9,056 bases of DNA from Octopus sinensis (GCF_006345805.1 NW_021828032.1:1-9056), one strand, 5' to 3'. Counted from the first letter of the stretch, positions 1 through 7,722 are shown. Notes: generated by a model from the sequence alone, not told the origin. Made by a program: numbers and translations.

Positions 1-12
1 TCTATCTATATC

Positions 13-47
<35 letters not shown>

Positions 48-159
48 TGTGTGTGTGTGTGTGTGTATGTATATGTATATGTATATATGTACGTAGGTAT
101 GTATATATATATGTGTGTGTGTGTGTATATCTGTGTACATGTATATATATATATGTATA
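1..159. repeat. Compound microsatellite (TA)n/(TG)n/(TATG)n
   Basis: Directly visible dinucleotide and tetranucleotide repeats. Confidence 0.95.
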
Positions 160-280
160 TGAGTGGACTGGAGCAATGTGAAATAAAGTGTCTTGCTCAA
201 GGACACAACACGTGGCCGGGAATCGAACTAGCAACCTTACGACTGTGAGCCGAATGCTCTAACCACTAAGCTATGCACCT
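160..280 (-). mobile_element. tRNA-derived CORE-like SINE, 3'-truncated (octopus OR2-like)
   Basis: Reverse complement reads aggtgcatagcttagtggttagagc (A box)...gctagttcgattcc (B box)...tgttgtgtccttgagcaagacactttatttcacattgctccagtccactc (CORE-like segment). It is homologous to 4950-5086. The family name is from memory. Confidence 0.85.
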
Positions 281-409
281 GTGAATGCATATATGACATT
301 TAAAACCATATTTCTTTCGCAAATAATTTCTGCACCAAAGTATGTGTGTGAATGAAATTTAACATATTATTTCCTGGAAATATTATCATCCACATTTTCT
401 TATACACGT

Positions 410-410
<1 letters not shown>

Positions 411-440
<30 letters not shown>

Positions 441-874
441 CGTGTGTGTGTGTGTGTGTGTGTGCGTGTGTGTGCGTGTGTGTGTGTGCGTGTGTGTGCG
501 CGTGTGTGTGTGTGTGTGTGTGCGTGTGTGTGTGTGTGTGTGTGTGCGCGTGTGTGTGTGTGTGTGCGTGTGTGCGTGTGTGTGTGCGTGTGTGTGTGTG
601 CGTGTGTGTGCGTGTGTGTGTGTGCGTGTGTGTGTGTGTGCGTGTGTGTGTGTGTGTGCGTGTGTGTGGTGTGTGTGCGCGTGTGTGTGTGTGTGTGCGT
701 GTGTGCGTGTGTGTGTGTGTGCGTGTGTTGTGTGCGTGTTGTGTGCGTGGTGTGTGTGTGCGTGTGTGTGTGTGCGTGTGTGTGTGTGTGTGTGCGTGTG
801 TGTGTGTGTGTATGCGTGTGTGTGTGTGTGTGTCGTAGTGTGTGTGCGTGTGTGTGTGTGTGCGTGTGTGTGTG

Positions 875-905
<31 letters not shown>
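411..905. repeat. (TG)n microsatellite with frequent CG interruptions, ~495 bp
   Basis: Directly visible; source of the CV/HT ORFs. Confidence 0.97.
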
Positions 906-974
906 TCTTGAAATTTTACGCTAAACCTATTCCCTCTCATTTGTTTAAGACTATTTTTGTAAACAAACAGCAAC

Positions 975-1128
975 GTGCCTTCGCGCATGCATACGTCTAT
1001 GTGCGTCTGTATGTGTCTGTGTTCGTATATATGCGTGTGTCTGTCTGTGTGTGTGCTCGATATGCGCGCGCATTTGTGTGTATGTGTGTGTGTCATTGTG
1101 TGTTTCTGCTCATGTATGTGTGCGCGTG
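975..1128. repeat. Degenerate (TG)n/(TATG)n microsatellite
   Basis: Alternating purine-pyrimidine sequence with many substitutions. Confidence 0.75.
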
Positions 1129-1446
1129 AACTTCCATTTTCTAAAATCAACATTTAGCAAGCTTCATTTTCAAATTTTTCTTTTGATTTTGTTATTTCCA
1201 TTTTGAACATAAACCACGAAATTAAGTGCAAAAATATTTTTCTAGCAAAATTTTACGACAAAAATTTGCAAATTCATGAAAATGAAATTACAAAATCTCT
1301 CACTGCTATCTTCAATAATTTTAATTCTCTCCCTTTCTCCTCTTCGTAAAATTATTCTCTCTGACTGTCACTCATTCGTCCTCTTACAGTGGCTTTAGTC
1401 TCCCTTTACCAGCGTAACCGCGAACAAAACCACGTTGTCTTTTATT

Positions 1447-1678
1447 TATTTCTTTACTACCCACAAGGGGCTAAACATAGAGGGGACAAACAAGGACAGA
1501 CAAAGGGATTAAGTCGATTATATCGACCCCAGTGTGTAACTGGTACTTATTTAATCGACCCCGAAAGGATGAAAGGCAAAGTCGACCTCGGCGGAATTTG
1601 AACTCAGAACGTAGCGGCAGACGAAATACGGTTACGCATTTCGTCCGGCGTGCTAACGATTCTGCCAGCTCGCCGTCT
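1447..1678 (-). mobile_element. Full-length monomer of a ~232-bp tRNA-derived SINE (octopus OK/OR1-class; called family A, tail type A, here)
   Basis: Minus strand has head ggcgagctggcagaatcgttagc (A-box-like), gagttcaaattcc (B box), core gtcgactttgcctttcatcctttcggggtcg, and tail ...gtgggtagtaaagaaata. It aligns end to end with 5452-5683 and 5814-6044. No TSD seen. Confidence 0.9.
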
Positions 1679-1680
1679 TG

Positions 1681-1712
1681 CGAAAAAGTACCGAAAAAGT
1701 ACCGAAAAAGTA
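1681..1712 (+). repeat. Tandem 11-bp repeat (CGAAAAAGTAC) x ~2.9
   Basis: Units at 1681-1691, 1692-1702 and 1703-1712 (partial). Confidence 0.9.
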
Positions 1713-1748
1713 GAGGTCCTATCAGTATCCAACTGATAGGACCCCTAC
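1710..1748. other. Inverted repeat / hairpin, 16-bp arms and 7-nt loop
   Basis: GTAGAGGTCCTATCAG-tatccaa-CTGATAGGACCCCTAC gives 15/16 Watson-Crick pairs. The single mismatch becomes G-U on the minus strand. Confidence 0.9.
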
Positions 1749-1828
1749 AGAGGTAGTGCTTAGTACTCTACCGCGATGACCCTCTCGGGAGTGGTGGGCA
1801 GCGAAATTGAATGGGGGGGGGAATTGGT

Positions 1829-1860
1829 TAAATCGGTTCTTTCATTTTTGGAACGCCCTG
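1829..1860 (-). mobile_element. Possible solitary Tc1/mariner-type terminal inverted repeat
   Basis: Minus strand CAGGGCGTTCCAAAAATGAAAGAACCGATTTA resembles CAGGGTG-starting mariner/MITE termini. The flank is TG rather than TA, and no partner TIR was found. Confidence 0.3.
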
Positions 1861-2336
1861 TGCTGTACCCTGACTAGTGTCTCGTACACAAAAGTTTCAG
1901 CTTAACCAATGACTTGTAAAGGACATCTACGAAACAAAAACTGCGTGGAGTCCAAGTGTTATTCTTGATTTCTCTTCATATTTAATTTATATTTAATATT
2001 TCCATTGAAAACAAAAATCTGAGTAAACGCGGCTCTCTTCGTTTCGATTGCAAGAATTTCAATTATTTTTATCTGTTCTTTCCAGAGCTCTCTCCTCATG
2101 ATATTATCTGGGAATCTTCTTTTACCATTTTTTTTTCAATCGTTTGATAAGCCTTTGTAGATATAAACAGCACACCCGACTGTCACGAACATTTTAATTA
2201 ATAAAGATATATCTGCGTGTATGTGTATATATAGGACTCTTACTCCATCTTTTTGTCCTCCTCCTACTTTCTTCCTCCTTCCTTTTTCTCGTTACCCCCA
2301 TCTCTCTCTCTCACTTTTCTTGGACCTCTCTTCCTT

Positions 2337-2718
<382 letters not shown>

Positions 2719-2737
2719 TTGTGTGCACTTATATATT

Positions 2738-2768
<31 letters not shown>
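2719..2768. repeat. (TG)n microsatellite abutting the AGAT array
   Basis: Pure TG run at about 2741-2767. Confidence 0.9.
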
Positions 2769-2925
2769 CCGTGCGTTTGTGGGGTGCATATAATTAAAAT
2801 TATCTTTTCCGCGTATCCAAAACTGAGGAGGAGGCAGATACGGAATCATCAGCAAAAGCAAAACTTGATAAAACTACAGAAATATGTTTTCAATTCAAGT
2901 CTAAAAACTGTTCCACCATATATAG

Positions 2926-3530
2926 ATATGTGGGAGTATGCATGTATGCGTGTGCGTATGTATGTAAGTGTATACGTATGTACGTATGTGTTTATGCATG
3001 TATGTATGTGTGTATGCATGTGTCCATGTATGTGTGTATGTATGTGTCTATGTATGTATGCATGTGTGTATGTATGTATACATGTATGTATGTGTGTATG
3101 TATGTATGTGTATGTATGTATGCATGTATATATGTGTGTATGTATGTATGTGTAGATGTATGCATGTATGTATATGTGTATGTATGTATGTATGTTTGTG
3201 TGTATGCATGTATGTATGTATGCATGAAAGTATATACATGTGTATAGATGTTTATGTATGTGCGTACGTAAGTATGTACTATGTGTGTATCTATATATAT
3301 GTGTGTATGCATGCATGTATGTGTGTATGTATGTATGTGTGTATATGTATGTATGCATGTGTATGTATGCATATGTATGTATGCATGTGTGTGTATATAT
3401 GTATATGTATGTATGTAACTATGCATGTATGTGTGTGTATGTACGTATGTATGTATATATGCATGTGTGTGTATACATGTATGTATGTACGTATGTATAT
3501 ATATGTACGTACGTATGTATGAATGCATAT
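2926..3530. repeat. Degenerate (TATG)n/(TG)n array, ~600 bp
   Basis: Directly visible; source of the MYVC/HTYI ORFs. Confidence 0.95.
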
Positions 3531-3810
3531 AGGTGAATGGGGGGGGGGGGAGTAATACAAACAAAGCCGCATACATAATTTCATACTATTTACTTACGTA
3601 AATAGTAAACCATTTCAGAACTGACTCTTCCCTTTTGTTTTTGGTTTTTGCTCACTTTTCTTTCTTTTTTCTTTTTCTTTTTTCTTTTTTCCTTTTTCTG
3701 TTAACTGAATATGAAGCTTTCTCTTTCACCTTTTCACTGTATAACGTTTACTCATGATGTTCGAAATACAGTTTGCTCACCGAAGACTGCGCGACATGTA
3801 TTAGAAGTAC

Positions 3811-3945
3811 TTTTATTCTTTTACTTGTTTTAGTCATTTGACTGCAGCCTTGCTAGAGCACCGCCTTGAGGGGTTGGTTTTAGTCAAAGGAATCAACCCC
3901 AGGGGTTTTTTAAAGCCTAGTACTTATTCTATGGGATTCTTTACT
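3811..3945 (-). mobile_element. 3' portion of a different octopus-type SINE (family B)
   Basis: ttttattcttttacttgttttagtcatttgactgcagccttgctagagcaccgcc...aatcaaccccagg...cctagtacttattctat. The reverse complement of its end matches 5757-5797, and it resembles a common octopus SINE tail (from memory). Confidence 0.7.
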
Positions 3946-4160
3946 TCCTTGTTCCAGCTACAACGGAGAGAAAGCAAGAAAGATAGCCGATGGTTACATG
4001 GGAGCCAAGTGAGCAAGGGAAGAGGAGTGAAGTAGAGAGAGTGACAGAGTAATAGAAAAGAATAGTGGGAGAAGAGGAGGCAAAAGAATAGGAGAGAGAA
4101 AAACGAAAGAGTAAAAAGATCGTGTAGAGTGCGCATCAGAATAATTAAGATAAAACTTAC

Positions 4161-4310
4161 TTGGGAGAGGATGCGTGGAACAAGGAAGACGTGTTCTTGT
4201 TTGTCTCCTGTCCTAGCTTGATTTATTCTTTCGGCCACCACAACCTCGTTTAGGCTTAGAAGCCCTTCCTGTTTGTTTTCATTATCCTGTTTGTGCAACC
4301 AATTTTGACC
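4161..4310 (-). CDS. Candidate internal coding exon, 150 nt, phase 0/0, unknown product: GQNWLHKQDNENKQEGLLSLNEVVVAERINQARTGDKQEHVFLVPRILSQ
   Basis: Acceptor ttttgcgtAG ends at 4311 and donor CAA|GTAAGT starts at 4160. There are exactly 50 open codons of non-repetitive, protein-like composition, with an in-frame stop immediately before the acceptor boundary. Protein not recognised. Confidence 0.6.
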
Positions 4311-4487
4311 CTACGCAAAATCCCAAATTTTATTTAATTTGCTTTGTGGGAGCAACTGTTTTATCGAAAGCGTATATTGTTGTTAAATGCTCGAAATACG
4401 AGACTAGAAAAACAGCCAACAACTGATGAAGGGTCATTGTTTATGTTGCTTGTTTTGTTTTCCATTTCTGTCTTTCGTTGTATGTAT

Positions 4488-4489
<2 letters not shown>

Positions 4490-4566
<77 letters not shown>
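4490..4566. repeat. Pure (AGAT)n array
   Basis: Directly visible. Confidence 0.97.
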
Positions 4567-4569
<3 letters not shown>

Positions 4570-4949
4570 TAATAGTACTTATATCTCATTTTTGTTGTTG
4601 CTCTGTTTCTATATTGCTGTGTCTGTGTGCATTCCTTATGTTTGGCGTGGTTGAAGTTAATCAACTGTAATATTAAACATTGGTTCCTGCAATCTCTTTT
4701 GTTCTGTCTTTGGTAAACAAATCTATGAGATAGGGGGATATTATTTTCTTGTAAAGAATAGCCATTTCCATAATCAGTAGAAAGGCATCTGTGCACTTAA
4801 TTACATCCACTAATTAACAAATTGAAATTAATTTTCTCAATTCGCTAAATCTGATGAATGCTTTATATGTACGTATATATGCATATTTGTATATTATATA
4901 AACGTATGTGAATGAATCTAAATGCAGCACGTGTGTATGTATGTGTGTG

Positions 4950-5086
4950 TGCGTGGGTAGTGATTAGAGCGTCGGGCTCCCAATCATGAGGTAGTGGGTT
5001 CGATTCCAGGACCGGACTGCATGTTGTGTTCTTGAGCAAGGCACTTTATTTCACGTTGCTCCAGTTCACTCAGCTGTAGAAATAAG
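4950..5086 (+). mobile_element. tRNA-derived CORE-like SINE, 3'-truncated (OR2-like)
   Basis: A-box-like tgggtagtgattag, B box gggttcgattcc (4996-5007), then tgttgtgttcttgagcaaggcactttatttcacgttgctccagttcactcagctgtagaaat. Homologous to 160-280 in the opposite orientation. Confidence 0.85.
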
Positions 5087-5128
5087 GGCAGAAACGAAAC
5101 ATCTCACGAGTAAATGGCAACAGCAAAC

Positions 5129-5683
5129 AAATTTTAGGGGAGGGGGCCAGTCGATTAGATCGACCCCAGTACGCAACTGGTATTTAATTTATCGACTCCG
5201 AAAGGATGAAAGGCAACGTCGACCTCGGCGGAATGTGAACTCAGAACGTAGCGGTAAACGAAATACCTATTTCTTTACTACCCACAAGGGGCTAAACACA
5301 GAGAGGACAAACAAGGACAGACAAATGGATTAAGTCGATTATATCGACCCCAGTGCGTAACTGGTACTTATTTAATCGACCCCGAAAGGATGAAAGGTAA
5401 AGTGGACCTCGGCGGAATTTGAACTCAGAACGTAGCAACAGACGAAATACCTATTCCTTTACTACCCACAAGGGTCTAAACACAGAGAGGACAAACAAGG
5501 ACAGACAAAGGGATTAAGTCGATTACATCGACCCCAGTGCGTAACTGGTACTTATTTAATCGACCCCGAAAGGATGAAAGGCAAAGTCGACCTCGGCGGA
5601 ATTTGAACTCAGAACGTAGCGACAGATGAAATACAGCTAAGCATTTCGCCCGGCGTGCTAACGTTTCTGCCAGCTCGTCGCCT
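5129..5683 (-). mobile_element. Family A SINE trimer: full unit 5452-5683, headless 184-bp unit 5268-5451, headless unit 5129-5267 with alternative tail type B
   Basis: Three head-to-tail copies of the core, with junctions gaaatacc|tatt at 5267/5268 and 5451/5452. Confidence 0.9.
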
Positions 5684-5756
5684 TAATTGTAAAAACTATA
5701 TTGTACCCCGTTAGAAGTCGAAATGTTACAGTTAAACCCTACGAGGTTGTGGCCAA

Positions 5757-5797
5757 CCATGGCTGCAGTCCAATGACTGACACAAGGAAAGGATAAA
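5757..5797 (+). mobile_element. 3'-terminal fragment of family B SINE
   Basis: ccatggctgcagtccaatgactgacacaaggaaaggataaa resembles the reverse complement of 3811-3855. Confidence 0.6.
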
Positions 5798-5813
5798 ATA
5801 TATGTTTGAAAAT

Positions 5814-6212
5814 GGCGGTGAGCTAGCAGAAACGTTAGCACGTCGGGCGAAATGCCTAGCGGTATTTCGCCTGCCGTTACGTTCTGAGTTCAAATTCCGC
5901 CGAGGTCGACTTTGCCTTTCATCCTTTCGGGCTCGATAAATTAAGTACCAGTTACGCACTGGGGTCGATATAATCGACTTAATCCGTTTGTCTGTCATTA
6001 TTTGTCCTCTCTGTATTTAGCCCCGTGTGGGTAGTAAAGACATAGGTATTTAGCCTGCCGTTACGTTCTGAGTTCAAATTCCGCCGAGATCGACTTTGCC
6101 TTTCATCCTTTCGGGGTCGGTAAATTAAGTACCAGTTACGCACTGGGGTCGATGTAATCGACTTAATCCGTGTGTCTGTCCTTGTTTGTCCCCTTGTGGG
6201 TAATGAAGAAAT
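5814..6212 (+). mobile_element. Family A SINE dimer (full unit 5814-6044 plus headless unit 6045-6212) flanked by a 16-bp TSD
   Basis: A-box-like motif near 5824-5838 and B box at 5886-5898. Junction aaagacata|ggtattt at 6044/6045. ATATATGTTTGAAAAT occurs at 5798-5813 and 6213-6228. Confidence 0.92.
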
Positions 6213-6300
6213 ATATATGTTTGAAAATAAAAGGCCTGGTGGTCGTTTGTGGAACGTCTGTAGTTATTTGTCTGCTTGATCAGTTGTTTCTGGAGGATAA

Positions 6301-6880
6301 AGAGGAATATTCCAAGTGCTTTCCCTCTCTCCACTCTTTTTTCTGTCTGGTGTTGATGCTTGCGATCACGATATATTAAACAGAATTGGATGCGAATAAA
6401 AATGCTACGATGCATCAATTAACGATCAATTGCCTAATCTCATATTGTATAACGACAGCGGTAAACAAAAAAACATTACTACACCCTGCAGACGGATTTA
6501 CAGAAGAAAACATGAGATTCAACTGAGAAAACTGCGATAAAGCGATCTCGAAGAGAAGAAAATTAAGAGCAACGGATTTTGAAAACTACAACTGTAATAA
6601 GGGATAACTCTACTAAATACGAACAAACAAGTATTTAGTAATCGATGAAGTAGAGACAGTACAACATCCACAAGTTTAAGAAAATCTTATAAAAGGATAT
6701 AATAGACTCATTAGATTAATTCTTGAAATAGAAGTGAATGAAAAATATATAGGAAAAAGGAGTTAATACTTTAACTGATAACATAATGAGTTAGAGCTTT
6801 GATAGTCTCAACTTCAGGAAAACATGGAAAATATTGGCTACGTTTAGAATATACCGCCCAAAGTCTTACATTGAAAGAAT
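6301..6880 (+). mobile_element. Decayed reverse-transcriptase region of an R4/Dong-clade (RLE) non-LTR retrotransposon, part 1
   Basis: Manual translation across stops and frameshifts: RGIFQVLSLSPLF(F)CLVLM, NLILY (degenerate DDLKLY region), MRFN*ENCDKAISKRRKL (cf. MxFGLDKCAKAxxxRGKL), KYLVIDE...YNRLIRLILEIEVN (cf. KYLG...YxRRVRLxLKxELN), RKTWKILATFRIYRPKSYIER (cf. KTRKLLTMxRMHHPKADIERLY). Motifs are collinear with the family consensus as remembered. Confidence 0.8.
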
Positions 6881-7424
6881 CTGTTCTATTCTAGGCACAA
6901 GCCCCGACATTTTGGGGAAGGGGCGTAGTAGATTACATCGACCCCAGTGTGCAACTGGTACTTATTTAATCGACCCCGAAAGGATGAAAGGCAAAGTCGA
7001 CCTCGGTGGAATTTGAACTCAGAACGTAAAGACAGATAAATATCTATTTCTTTATTGCCCACAAGGGGCTAAACATAGAAAGGACGAACAAGGACAGACA
7101 AAGGGGTTAAGTCGATTATAACGACCCCAGTGCGTAACAAGTACTTAATTTATCAAACGGATTAAGTCGATTATATCGACCCCAGTGCGTAACTGGTACT
7201 TATTTAATCGACTCCGAAAGGATGAAAGGCAAAGTCCCGAAATTTTGGGGAGGGGGCGTAGTAGATTAGATCGACCCCAGTGTGCAACTGGTACATAATT
7301 TATCGACCCCGAAAGGATGAACGGTAAAATCGACCTCGGCGGAATTTGAACTCAGAACGTAACGGCAGACGAAATACCGATAAGCATTTCGCCCGGCGTG
7401 CTAACGTTTCTGTCGGTTCGCCAC
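6881..7424 (-). mobile_element. Mosaic family A SINE cluster: head-bearing tail-B unit 7237-7424, fragments 7155-7236 and 7045-7154 (tail A), headless tail-B unit ~6884-7044
   Basis: Four segments of the same core. Junction aaatatc|tatttc at 7044/7045 lies at the same position as in the other clusters. Confidence 0.88.
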
Positions 7425-7428
7425 TTTT

Positions 7429-7519
7429 TTATATAGAAAGAATGTATTTGCTATGAATGCAAGATCGTAGGAGCAGTATGCAACTAGAAAACTAATTAAA
7501 AATGCCTACAGAAGGATTA
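7429..7519 (+). mobile_element. Decayed R4/Dong-like ORF, part 2 (continuation after the SINE insertion)
   Basis: YIERMYLL*MQDRRSSMQLEN*LKMPTEGL, compared with DIERLYLPRxxGGRGLxQLExxxKxxTIGL. It resumes at the codons where part 1 stopped. Confidence 0.65.
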
Positions 7520-7619
7520 CAATATATATATATATGAATAAATGAAAAGAATGGAGTCGAACGAAGATTTTAACAAAATTCCTTACTTTTGACATATGTT
7601 TCGAAGACTGCATACTCTT

Positions 7620-7639
7620 AATATATATTATATATATAT

Positions 7640-7671
<32 letters not shown>

Positions 7672-7674
7672 GAT

Positions 7675-7722
<48 letters not shown>

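Noticed and set aside
1389-1756. ORFs 1389-1601 and 1532-1756, and the similar 5732-5998, 6125-6418 and 6834-7016
   Set aside because: They are mostly chance frames through SINE copies; the same peptide (IDPERMKGKVDLGGI) recurs simply because the SINE does.
1755-1812. HDV-like ribozyme suggested by CTCTCG...GG...GCGAA
   Set aside because: I could not build a proper 7-bp P1, 3-bp P3 and adjacent P2 without bulges and mismatches.
1300-2090. Strong-looking plus-strand acceptors (ctcttacAG near 1389; gttctttccAG near 2085)
   Set aside because: No matching donors or open exons follow, and pyrimidine tracts are common here.
2846-2852. Hammerhead core CUGAUGA on the minus strand
   Set aside because: Stem II does not close correctly onto GAAA, and there is no stem I/III pairing.
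2795-2930. Protein-like plus-strand frame (SKTEEEADTESSAKAKLDKTTEICFQFKSK)
   Set aside because: There is no convincing acceptor/donor pair, it is not recognised, and it lies opposite the better-supported exon.
4423-4429. Hammerhead core CTGATGA on the plus strand (Penelope-like context ctgatgaaggg)
   Set aside because: There is no downstream CCCGAAAC-type closure. An upstream GAAA gives a possible stem III, but stems I and II fail.
4434-4796. Minus-strand ORF of 120 aa
   Set aside because: Its 3' part is AGAT repeat, no splice boundaries were found, and it is not recognised.
4950-5010. tRNA gene
   Set aside because: A and B boxes are present but the cloverleaf is incomplete and continues into a CORE-like segment, so it is a SINE head.
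5129-5683. CRISPR-like or satellite array
   Set aside because: Units are 140-232 bp SINE bodies with Pol III boxes, and there are no unique spacers or cas genes.
4238-5752. Inverted 12-mer CCACAACCTCGT (4238-4249) / ACGAGGTTGTGG (5741-5752)
   Set aside because: It does not extend, and about one such match is expected by chance in this much unique sequence.
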